Below are positions 49,249-61,126 of a stretch of DNA of 64,000 nt, piece by piece. The notes under the pieces are model-generated. The model was not told the DNA's origin and ran no database searches. It saw only the letters and a list, made by a program, of their open reading frames with translations. How positions within the stretch are numbered: position 1 is the first letter of the stretch; every line of letters begins with the position of its first letter. This stretch comes from Neodothiora populina (taxonomy: Eukaryota): positions 1,240,001 through 1,304,000 of the forward strand of contig NW_027191409.1 in NCBI RefSeq assembly GCF_041146345.1, given 5' to 3'. A program made the position numbers and the translations under genes.

Positions 49249-52200
49249 ATGTCTGAGAAAACGTCATTCCGTGTGATTATTGTTGGGGGAGGTATCGGGG
49301 GTCTTACGCTTGCCAACTGCCTCCAGCATGCTCCTATTGACTATGTACTGCTGGAAGGTCGGGAGGAGATTGCTCCTTATGTTGGAGCTTCCATAGCATT
49401 GGTTTCCAATGGTGCTCGTGTAGGTCATTGAATTCTGCTATCAGAAATGAGTGCAATCTCATGGAAACTTGTGTAGATACTTGACCAGCTCGGTTGCTAC
49501 GATGACATGGCCGAGGAACTCGTACGTATATCCGAATCATGACGTTGTCAACTAGCAGGACATTGCTGATGTCGGGCAGGAAGCGATCTATCATGCGGCC
49601 GACAGGGATAGTTCGGGCAAGTTGATCCATCCGGCATTCGATGGTCCTTCTCTGTCCATCCCCAGGTATGTTATGCAGAAAGCTTTGGCAAACGATGGAG
49701 ACGAATCTTTGCTCATGATATCTGCAGATCTGGATATGCTGTCGAATTTGGCGAACGTCAGCATGTTCTCCAAGTGCTATACAGTAAGATCCAAGACAAA
49801 GGCAAAGTCCTCACTCGCAAACGTCTCGACAGAATCGAAGACGGACCGGACTGTGCCAGGGCTATTTGTACCGATGGCAGCACCTACGAAGGTGATGTGA
49901 TCATCGGCACAGATGGCGTTCACAGCCGAGTCCGTCATGAGATGTGGAGGCTTGCAGATGCAAGTGATTCGGGTCTGATTTCGATTGAAGAGAAGCAATG
50001 TAAGTTCTTTGTCAATCCGTACATTACTAGAGTAAGCGAGTATATGCTCGTGATATCATATTCGGCTATCACTCGATCAGACTGATTGAGAGGACATACT
50101 AAACTATGTCTAGGTATGTCTGCAGAGTACAAGTGCATGTACGGAATCTGCGATCCGGTTCCAGGCTTCACCCTGCGTGGATATGTAAATGTCAACTGCA
50201 TGAAGGATTCAGACGCGATGGTGATTGGCAGCAAAACTAATGGCTTCTATGTTTTCCTCATGGAGAAAATGGACAAGGTATACAAGGCGCCTAACATCCC
50301 GACTTTTACCGATCAGGATGCCATCGACTTTGGCAACAAGTATGCAGATCTCAAGGTTCTTCCAGATTTGCCATTTGGAAAAATGTGGGAAGGCAGACGC
50401 TCACAGAAACTCGTGGCCCTCGAAGAAGCTGACTTCAAGGTAATATTGATCCCCAGTAAGACCCCCAAAAGGACATCAGCTGAACAATAGCAGACATGGA
50501 CATATGGTCGTATAGCTTGCCTCGGCGATAGTATTCACAAGATGACTCCCGACGCAGGACAAGGCGGCAATGCTGCGGTGGAGAGTGCTGCCGCGATAGC
50601 CAATGAACTGAAGAAGCTCGTGGACAACACCACTGGTCGACCGGAGAAGAAAGAGGTCGAGGCAGCTCTGATGAGATATCGGAAGAGCCGCGAGAAGCGC
50701 ATCTCAGCTATACTGAAGGCATGCAATGAACTAACACGGGTCCATGCGCTCAGTAATTGGTCCAATTATATCTTCGTCCATCACCTAGCTCATAGGCTTG
50801 GGGATGAACTGATGGTACTATACCGCGTTTCTCGAAATATTGTGTGCAACACCTATACTAACATGAGTTAGGACTTCCAAGCTCAAATGATCATTGGTGC
50901 TGCCAAGATCGATTACCTGCCAGCACCAAAGAGGTCTCTTGAGGTAAACATGCCGTTCAACCCAAAGATGGGTGAAGGGTACAAGGAAAGCAAGCTATGG
51001 CGCGCTTTCCTCGCTCTGCCCTTCGTTGCCCTGTGGTACTTCGCGAAGTGGTACGCCATGGACCCGACCTCGGCATTTGGACATGCCGAAAAGGTGCTGC
51101 CTACTGGTAAAGTTAAATGGGCTGGGGGTTCGGTTCCTCTTCTGACATCCTTCTATCACATCAAATGGCTAGATGATATGTGAGTCGCCGGTCTGTATAT
51201 GGTGATCGAGTCAACAAGACTGACATGCAGTCACAGTGTGGGCCCAGTGATTCTTTATTTCGCCTCTACCATTTATGGCTATGATCCCGAGACCAGATGG
51301 CAATCAACGACCTTTTTGATCGATATTGCACCTCTACTTGCAATTTTCTATCTTGAGTCGACTCGCCGCTCAAACGCACTCACGCTTGCCCAGATGTATG
51401 TTTTTTATCCGGCTGCTTCACTTTTGGGATAAGTGACAACACTGACAGCACTTACAGACCCATCCACATACTCATCCCTGCACAACTTGCTGGAATTGGC
51501 TCTGTGATACCCTTCTACTGCTACCTGCACTACATATCCAATCCGGTAGCAGCCTTCATGGCAACCGACAAACGCCTGACCAACGTTTCCTATTCTCTCG
51601 CTGTCCTGCCAGCTATTTTCTTGACATACTACCTGCCCACAGCACTGACCATGTTCCACCCTTCGCTCGAAGCTCGTCAATGGTGGAACTGGATCTGGCA
51701 ACTCTTTCCCATCTGGGTTTCTACAGCGACGTGGCTACTCAGCAAGCTTCGTCCATCAACAATGCGTTCCGATCGTCTCTGGGCTCCAACACGCGACTTG
51801 TCTATCATGTACTACACAGTAGGCACCACAGCCGCCATCTCCACGCTCACATGGTGGACGACCCTCTCGCTATCGGGTATCTCCCCCCTCACCCTTTTCT
51901 TTCCCTCTGCGTACGCCTCCGCAGGTACCGACATCGACAGCTTCGTCAACATCTTCCTCAAATGGGACGAACTGCTCATGTTCGCCAACGCCTTCTTGTG
52001 GCTCGCATACATCTTCTGGGACCTGAAAGTCGCAGGTATAATGCAGACGTCCTGGGCCAGAATCGCGGTCTACTCCATCGCGAGTCTGGTCGCTGTCGGT
52101 CCGGGCGCGACGTTGGGTCTGGGTTGGCTGTGGAGGGAAGACAGGATCACGAACGGCAGGCATTGGGCTGCTGTTGTTAGTCCGGAGATTGCGGGCACGC

Positions 52201-52298
52201 CGGCGAATAAAGAGGAGGCGTTTGAGAAGGTCAGGAAGGATAGTGGGACCGAGAGTGGTGTGGTGACTGTTGACGGCGACAAGGTTTTGGTGAATTAG
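49249..52298 (+). CDS. FAD-dependent monooxygenase (PaxM/CtvC-like) with a C-terminal multi-pass membrane domain; exons 49249-49419, 49477-49521, 49580-49665, 49728-49999, 50114-50439, 50494-50814, 50872-51179, 51237-51395, 51458-52298; ~842 aa
   Basis: [20 protein letters not shown] and [17 protein letters not shown] motifs, followed by a hydrophobic C-terminal third. All nine exons join in frame. Confidence 0.88.
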
Positions 52299-52970
52299 CT
52301 GTTTCGTCGTCATCGCGCGAAGGTGCGAGTGGAGAAAACATTCGCTACTCAAGAAAATGAAAGGGGCAATGTCTGCCGTTACATAGATTCAACTCTTCCT
52401 GTCTTGGAGTTCGCTTCGTCGTTGGCATATAGCTAGCACCACGCACATAACATACACTCGGTATAAACTCTCCTGTCCTGACATCTACTATCCCATCAAT
52501 CCAGCATATCTATCGAGTCAAGAATATCCGAACTAGATCATCACAATAAGCTCGAAGCACCATCCAGGGAGAAAAGGACAGGGTCGCCATAGAAACAAGT
52601 CTAAATAACGCCAAAGCGCCAACTAACTGTATCCAATCGATACTCAGATCTATAAACCAAGATATGAAACCAAGATATGAGACTCACTACAGCAAAACGA
52701 AACTTCAAAACCCGTATATCAACGCATGAGACCCGTTGTAGCAGCGACCAGAACAAAGGAAATGCAAACAACGACAAAAGAGAACCTCTGACGGCTTGCC
52801 TATCGTCTTGACCGGCAAGAAGATGTCCATGCCCTGGGTACGAGTGAATGGCTGAGCGAGCGTCTTTGCTCCACTGGAGATTTCGTCTTCTATTTTTTCT
52901 TCCGTAACTTCGTATTTTCTGTTTCTGTTTCTTTTCCATTTCCATAGGGCTCTGTAAGGAGGGTAGCTGG

Positions 52971-53163
52971 GAGACCGGCTCGCCGCTGTGACTGAAGGCT
53001 GTGATCATCGGGGCATGGGTTGAGACCTTGAAGGCGCTCGGGTAGGTAGGCCGGCATGTCTCCTGCAATGAGGGGGTCCTCTTTCATTCTTTTTTCATTC
53101 TTTTTTCATTCTGTTGGGTTGTCCTTGTTGAGTAGGTGGGTGAGAGACCGGCTCGCCGCTGTG
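52971..53163. repeat. Degenerate ~173-bp direct duplication (20-bp core GAGACCGGCTCGCCGCTGTG at 52971-52990 and 53144-53163) enclosing (TTTCATTCTTT)x~3
   Basis: The exact 20-mer is seen twice, with weaker similarity downstream of each copy and an 11-bp tandem repeat at about 53082-53112. Confidence 0.75.
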
Positions 53164-53492
53164 GAGACCGTGACTTTTTGATGGCCATGAGTGGCGCTTA
53201 CGCTCTTGGAGCAAGGCATGAAGGCTGTCCTGGCATGGTCTCTTTTTTTGTGATTGCTGTTTTTTTTGTGATTGAGATGCAAGTCTTGTGGTCTGATGCC
53301 GAGTTCTTGATTGCGGCAAGCATTTGATAGCGTGTTTTCTGGGTTTTTTTCTCTGGGGTTTTTTCGTTTTTGCTGCATCTTGCCTTGTTGCTCTGGCATA
53401 TCCCATTCCAAGCAATTCTTGGAGTCAAGACTTTCATGCGCGCCTCCTCCACGCTTTATACTGCGACTCACTCAAGCAGGTCCACTGTGCCC

Positions 53493-53855
53493 TTAGAGTC
53501 TAGCTAACACAAGCCTGCGATTGATCTTACCCGAGATTCCCGACGTCAAGGCTCTCTTGCCCTCGACAAAAATGCACCCCTCGGATCCTATCCAACCACC
53601 ATACACCTGGAAAGAATCGACGTTGAACCAGTCGCTACGTGTGCAGACGCCTTGGCTCACATGGCGGCCGTCGGGCTGGCAGAAGTAGAATTCGATGCTG
53701 CCGTGGATGATGTAGTGCGTGTTTGCGTCTCTGTGTACGTGGCTGGGCAAGGTGGCGTTTGGTCCGAAACGGTTGTTCGAGACGTAGGGAAACCCGGCAT
53801 TCAGGACTCGGATCTCCTCGCGGGAGGGATAGAAGCAAGTTGTGATTGCGTTCAT
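53493..53855 (-). CDS. Small RmlC-like cupin protein; 120 aa
   Basis: PNATLPSHVH...THYIIHGSI and V..FQVYGGWIGSEGCIFVEG follow the pattern of small fungal cupins. Confidence 0.65.
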   Translation of the reverse strand: MNAITTCFYPSREEIRVLNAGFPYVSNNRFGPNATLPSHVHRDANTHYIIHGSIEFYFCQPDGRHVSQGVCTRSDWFNVDSFQVYGGWIGSEGCIFVEGKRALTSGISGKINRRLVLARL

Positions 53856-56006
53856 GATGGATTGGGATCTTGGTTGTTGATGGTGTTTGAAGAAGTTACG
53901 GAAAGATTATGTCCGAGTCTGTAGATCAGATGACGATATTTTGATTCTCTTGCTTTGATGTTATGCTTGCTGAATGACGCTGCTGTATGCTTCGAACGGC
54001 AGCACATGGTACCTTATATACAAGAGCACACTGCTGACCGGCCGTCTTTGTATACCTATTCCGGAACCGAGATGTCTCTACATCCAAGACTTGGCTGAGA
54101 CCCGAGCGGATTAAATCTACGAATATAGAGATTGAAAAGCGCTCTGACAACGCCATTGTTTTCGTCAAGGAGAGAACTTCGAGATACTGTCCGTGCGAAA
54201 CTGCGCGGGTCTCACGGGATATCCCAAAATAGAGAGCAGGTCAATACCAATGCCCGAGACCTCGCCAGGAACAAAGAGGCAAAAACTCAATTCCAGTCCC
54301 GAGCTTTGGAACATGTGGAATTTAAATGAACTTTGTCGCTTCAAGACTTACACAAGGTGATATAACACCAGACCGTCGAGGCTGAGGGGGTTGCCCGCAG
54401 TGCTCTACTGCCCAGGAACAATGTCGCTCCAGCAAGAAGGAAAGTGAGCGTCGCCAATCATAGGGAACTCTTGAATCATCTCTCAATGCCCACTTACTGT
54501 ATGGGTATGTCCAGATCACAGTCTTTGGTTCATATGGCTCATGTATAGGCGAATTCCGTCAACAAGGCCACCAACATCGCTAGGCTTCACTCTTGCACCA
54601 TAGCTTTCCAAATTGTCTGCAAGATGCTTGTCATCTCGCCTCCTGCAAGGGTCTTCCAAGAAGAAGGCCGTTACAAGACTGAATCAAGTCCGACAGGTGC
54701 TTGCACATAGTCATCTGCAGCCAGGTAGCTGTAAAGAAAGCCTATGATCATCGCCCTCAAAGGTGCTTTCATGTTGCAAGGCGTATCTAAGCAAAGTCGA
54801 TTGTTCGAGTCACCGCTGGTCAGTTCTACGATAGCCAAGCCGGCTCAGATAGCATTGTATTCGTCCTTACTACAGTCCCTGCTTGGTTTAACGTCCACAT
54901 GGAAACGGCAAGCACCGTATGAATAGGTAGCCAGTCTTATTAGTAGCAAACCCCGTAGAAGTGGGAGCCGACTCTGAATGTCTGAGAGTATCCTTTCGAC
55001 TACGATAAGCAATTCCATCCGGCATACTCTGGAAAGCTTCTGTGAGGGAGGCTCCTGTGGCGTCTGTTCATGCTACAGCACGCATGCTCTCAGCCTGCGA
55101 CATGCCAGCTACTGTATGGTGGACATTGGCCGCTCTTTGAACGTATATCTTGATATGCGACAGTATGCGATAACTGTTCTCCGAGATTCCAACAGTGCCA
55201 CATGAAGGTGATGGCCTTGCGGTCTTCTAGATTGTAGGTCGAGAATCAGTGTCAGACAATCAGCATCCGACAAGGAGATCGGTGCCTAGCCATTGTACTG
55301 CGGTGCATCCAGTCCAGCGGAAAACGTCCGAGCGTCATTACGTGCGCGCACGGACCAGCGTCGAGCGTAACTTTCAGCAGCGCAGCGTGCAGCCTGTTCT
55401 CCGCCTGATGTGCTTTGGCAGACAGAGAAGAGAGAGTGAAGTGTGTGCAGGTGCGTGTAGACGACAAACTACTCTCCAAAACACTCTCTCCGAGTGTCAT
55501 CAATCGATCGACACGTTGCGACTCCCTATCGCCGGTGGCTGCCAAACCTTGACTGACCATCTCCTGGTCATTCCATCGACGCATCGCGGTGGGCGGCTGT
55601 GTTGTCGAACGCGACATAATAATCAATAATCGCATCCTCAAGCCCCCTTCCTTTGGCTGTACTTCTGTATACCACACTCACCCTTATGCCATCTTTCTTT
55701 GACAACGTCGAATGATCCTCATCCTGCGCATCTGTATCACAACATCGCAACTGTTTGCGAGGTGATTATCGGATCTGTTGTTGTCGTCCATTCCGCTGAG
55801 CTTTGCCCGGGTTTGCGAAGAAATAAATACATCACTCACAAATCAATAATTTTGGGGCTCCGCGGCCAGCCTGGGTGAGTCCGACAGGCAACAAGCCTTT
55901 CATCCAGTGGCAAGACTAATCCCTCATAGATCAGTGGCGATGATCTCTAGTTGATTTTCTGACTCTGCAAGACGCTTCTTCTTACTTGTCATCTCGGACA
56001 TAAGAA

Positions 56007-59000
56007 ATGTCGCGGTCAAATCCTCGAGGGGCCGAGGCCTCTGTTCATCTGCCTCCCTCCGACTCGGACGCGCGTGACTCCGGCAGTTTGCTTGATGGCA
56101 TGGGCTCTGCGAGCTCGCTTGCCAGCAATTCCTCGTCGGTCTTCAGTGCTAATGCGCAAGCGGTCAGAAGCAATGGCAACCTCTCCAGCGCCACCCCTCT
56201 GACCCATCCTGATTCTTCTCCACTGAAGCCTCTGTCTCCTTATCCTGCCGCTAAATCATCTAGACAGAATCCCCTCGACACTCAATCTCCGCATGCCTTT
56301 GCTGGCACCGAGACGCCTGTTGGTGCTCCAGACCAACTCACCCCTCCGCCAAGTGATCGCCCCCAACCGAGACCACCCCAGGGACAGTCGAAAGGGTACA
56401 GAGCGGTCTATGATCCAGAATTGGATAACAAGCTCAGCAAAGAGGAGAAGAAACGAGGAGGAAGGCTCTACAAGAGTAGAGAATTTGGCACCGAGGTATG
56501 TCTGGACACTTAGATAAATCGTTCGCTGAGCTTGTGACAAAAACATATATCATAAAATTCGTCGAGAGACCGCTCTGTACCTTTTTCGCTGACTGAATGC
56601 GACAGCCGTTCGAACCAGACCCGCCACCAGATCCCAGACTGGTCATGGTCGGCTATACCTCTGGAAACTGTGTGCCCAAGACCGCACAGAGCAAGACAAA
56701 GTTGCGCATCGCTCCTTATGTCCTGAAGCCGTATCCTTTTGATAACAAGCACACCGTCGGCCCAGGACCGGCCAAACAGATTGTTGTGCAGGGCTTCGAC
56801 CCTTTTACCCCGGCCGCTCAATTGAAGGCTTTCTTTTCTAGTTACGGAGAAATCGCAGAGTTGAGGAACCAGACAGATCCGGCGACAGGTAGTTTCTTGG
56901 GTATATGCCTGATCAGATACAGAGACAGCAAGCCGATTCGCGGCCCTTCGATTCCAGGCGCCAGTGCGGCAAAGCGCGCCGAGAAAGAGGCCAATGGCGA
57001 GCGCATTGGCACCAGTCACATCAGAGTCGAGCGCGACCGCGAGGGTCGAAAGTGCAAGCGCCATGTCGAAACCGTGCTGAGACGTCAAAGAAGGGAAATG
57101 GAGATTGAGCAGGCGAAACATGTTCCTCTCCCACCTCCTGTTGTGCCAGTGTCCGAACCAGCACCTTCTTCATTGCCGACTCCCACAGGTGATTCTCCCG
57201 CACCCCCTCCGAATGCCCCAAAGGGACCTGCAGCGAGGGCAGGAGCCAAGCCACCCGATGGCCCCAAGGTCGCGGCACCGCGACCATCCGTTCCCTCGGG
57301 TGTTGAATCAGAGCTAGTCTTAAGTAACATCAAGCGCAAGCCATACCTCTTCATATCGGAGAAAAATGTGCCCGTCCTCAGCACTACGATACCACATCTG
57401 AAGAAGCGTCTCAAGGCCTTCGATTGGCGCGAAGTTCGCGCCGACAAAACCGGTTACTACATCATCTTCGAGGACTCTAAGAGGGGCGAGGATGAGGCTG
57501 TACGGTGTTTCAAAGAGATGAACGGCGGGGCCATGTTCACCTACAAGATGACAATGGAATGCCAGCAGTACGGCAACCCGGATTATGAGCGCAGCCCAAG
57601 CCCCGAAACCCAGGCCAATGAGTCCAAGCGGCGCGAGGAATTTGAGCGGCTCCAGAAGGATGAAGAGCAAGATTATGAGGAAGAGAAGCGACAGAGAGCA
57701 CTTCATCTTGATCCGGTCAGAGGTGCATTGGATCAATTGCGGCTCGAGCTGCGCAACAAGGTCATGGATGATATCAAGAACAAAGTCACCATTCCAACCC
57801 TTTACGATTGTCTCGATCCTGCCCGACACTCCGCCAAGCGCCGCAAGCTTGATTTGCCAGATCCAAGCGACAATGAAAGCAAAGCACCAGCATTGCTCAT
57901 CAACCAAGCCGCGGAGCGTGGCGGACCAAGAGCAAACCGTGGACAGAGAGATCGACCTCTACGACCCCATGATCCCAATTCTCAGCGCGGTCGTCGCGAG
58001 CCTGCGAATGCTTACATTGATGAGCGTCGCGCCAGACGGGCCCCACCAAAGCCTCACGCCAGGCCTTTGCATTTCAAGCTTCAGCAAATGTATGCTGCTG
58101 ATGATGATGATTCCGACGATGAACGCAGAACATCAGTCACTCGCGATACAGAAGACCAGGAAAGTCGACCCCTCAGTCGTGCTAGCCGCACTTCCACTCC
58201 ATTCGGCGATACAGAATCAGTCGCCGAAAGCGTCACACCACGTAACAAGCGCAAGCTTGAGCACAAGGAGAGTGCCTGGGAGGCCCCTGAAGAGGAGCAA
58301 GAGGAGTTCGATGTTTTCCACAAACAATTGCTTGGTGATGTACTTCGTAAGGAGCCAGAAGGAATGGCAAGAGGAGAGTTGGAGCTTGTCATCAGCACAC
58401 TTCCACGTCATTCACGCTTCTCCCAGCGATGCAGGGGCGAGCAGATCCGTCGCATACAGTCGAAGAACAACGATGAGCTCTTCAAGACCAATGGCGAGGA
58501 GACTGACGGCACACCTGCCCCCGCCGTCACAATTACCACTGCGGATGGTTTCAAGGGAGAACAGGACAAGATGGACATCGACAAACCGACCAAAGAGAAG
58601 TCCAAGAAGAAGCGCAAGACGAAGAAGCAGATCTTCGAGGAGCGCGAAGCACTCAAGAAAGCCGCGGAAGCAGTTGCGAACTCGCAAATCATTGAGGATG
58701 AGGCCATCACCCAGATCGAAGAAAGAGAAAAGGAACTGGATGACGTCGAGGAGATTGCCGATGAGCCAGCCAAGCCTCAGGTGGAATGGGCTGTTTCGGC
58801 AGACAAACCACGCCCGACCGTGGAGGATGATCTCGACATGATTCTGGACATTGATGGCTGGCAAGCGCTTTTGAAGGATGACGAAGACTTGCAATGCCTC
58901 CGCAAAGCACTGGAGGGAGCGTCCACAGCAAACATTGGCGATCCAAAGATCTGGGCATGGCAGCAGAAGGAGATCAAGGCACTCAACACGGGTGGAGTGC

Positions 59001-59856
59001 GTGGGCCCGTACACACCGAAGCAGCCAAGGTGCAAGGTTACTATGTACCCAACTCGACCGGCTCTGCCCGTACCGAAGGCGTCAAGAAGATCTTGGAATC
59101 CGAGAAGTCCAAATACCTGCCTCATCGCATCAAGGTCCAGCGTGCGCGCGAGGAACGTGAAGCGCAAGCCAAGGAGAATCCGGTCGTCGCGGCTGAAAAG
59201 GCCAAGCAGGAAGCTGCTGCAAACAAGTTCGCATCCAATGCCACTTCGCGCAGCAACAGAGCCAACAATCGCCGTCTCGTTAATGACATTAATCTTCAGA
59301 AGCAGAATCTTAGCACAACCGGTGTTGAGACGGATGCCATCCGCTTCAATCAGCTTAAGAAGCGCAAGAAGCTTGTCAAATTCGATCGTTCGGCGATTCA
59401 CGGCTGGGGTCTCTATGCAATGGAGAACATTGCTTACAACGACATGATCATCGAATATGTTGGTGAGAAGGTTCGCCAGAAGGTCGCTGACTTGCGCGAA
59501 GAGAAATATGACAAACAAGGCATCGGTAGCAGTTACTTGTTCCGTATGGTGGACGACGAGATTGTCGACGCAACAAAGAAGGGCGGCATTGCGCGCTTCA
59601 TCAACCACAGCTGTGCGCCTAACTGCACCGCCAAGATCATCAAGGTGGAGGGTACACGCAGAATTGTGATCTATGCGATGAAGGACATCGCTAAGAGTAA
59701 GTTTTGGTTTCATTGCGTGAGTTCCCAGCTCTCTTACTGACCCATCTCACAGACGAAGAACTCACATATGATTACAAATTCGAGCGTGAATACGGCAGCA
59801 CAGACCGCATCCCCTGTCTTTGCGGCACCACTGCCTGCAAGGGATTCCTCAATTAA
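56007..59856 (+). CDS. SET1: Histone H3K4 methyltransferase Set1; exons 56007-56495, 56606-59696, 59753-59856; ~1227 aa
   Basis: YDPELD, RRM, n-[49 protein letters not shown] and post-SET CLCGT..CKGFLN. Confidence 0.98.
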
Positions 59857-61126
59857 GAACAGCACGACAACTTGTGCTCGAGGCGCACAACAAGACGAAC
59901 ATTTTACTCATCAGAAGGGCGATGGGCAACAGTGAGTGCTGGTGCATTCCGGTACACAGCAGCGGGAGGCTCGATGAGATTTTGTACAAAAACTACTTCA
60001 ACATGCATGAAATGGGAGGGAAAACTGGCGGAAAGGCGTTTATTTGGGTGAGCTTCAACACACTTGATTGATTTACCTACCGGTCATAAAAGGACGACAA
60101 AGGGCGGGATTGGCCGGGCTGGCAGGCAGGCCCCGTCTCAAATGCATATCAGGGTGAAAGGGGAAAAGGGATGGAACGAGGTATTCTGGACAACATGGGT
60201 CTCGTGGGATGCAGGAGGAGGCTCTGAAAAGCAACATTGTGTGCTTTTCGGTCTGTACGATTAGCTAGGGGAAAGAGAGAGACCCCTTAATTGGGGCTGG
60301 CTCTGGTAGAAACGATAGCCCAAAGTTGGCTCACACTGTCTGTTATGGAGTAGCTACAGAAATGGAAGACCACGGTGATGAAACTAGCTTCCCTCGTTCT
60401 TCTCGTAGCTATACTGTGACAGCAATGATGGGACACGAAGCATTCTGCGCTGGAGCATGACATGTATCAGTAGGTTGAGGTTAGGGTAAGAGCCATGTGG
60501 CTGTCAAGCATCAGGTACCCGGTCAGTGAACCGACAGTCGCGAGCCCGGAACGTCAGGGCAGAGAGGGGGCCAAAGCGCCGCTCGAAGCTTAGCCAGGAG
60601 GGGCATCCAGTTCCTGAGAACAGACGAAATGTGGGGATCGGGTCGAGTCAATCTCTTGGCATAGATACTGTTGCCGATAAGGTAGAGCAAATCGATTACA
60701 ACCCAGGCAGCTTATTGGCATGTGGCACATGCCTTAGCTTACTGTACAAGTATCCACACGGAGTTAACAGCGGGAGGTAGATATCATTCATAAAAGCCCT
60801 AGAAGTATCTACGGATGACAGCCGGAGAGTTAAGGTGCAAGTAAGGTACCAAGATGTACAGGTGGCCTACTGACGAAAGAAAGTGTGAGAACGTCTCCGA
60901 ATTATATTGATATCTGTTTCCTTGAATTCTTCAAAGGTGATTGATTGTCAAGACTTTTTCTTTGATAATCCAAGCGACGATTATCCTTACGCCGCAAGAC
61001 ATTCCGTTCCTTCTTTCTCACCATCTCTTGTGTTTCCTTCCACTACTTTTCCTTGTATACTCCAAAAAGGCCGCCCCCAGATTTTCAAAGTAATTACACC
61101 ATCGGCGCTGGGACTAGAACATCAGG

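Noticed and set aside
52971..53163. Direct repeats as a possible CRISPR array or LTR pair
   Set aside because: Only two copies in a eukaryotic genome, with no TG...CA ends, target-site duplication or transposase/RT coding sequence.
53900..55800. Short ORFs of 60-141 aa in the intergenic region before SET1
   Set aside because: No motifs or coherent exon structure; treated as non-coding.
58412..59713. 433-aa antisense ORF within SET1, and similar long antisense ORFs in SEC23, SERCA and cmcA, plus a 292-aa alternative-frame ORF in chdA
   Set aside because: These are shadow ORFs expected from codon bias in GC-rich coding sequence, with no recognisable motifs.
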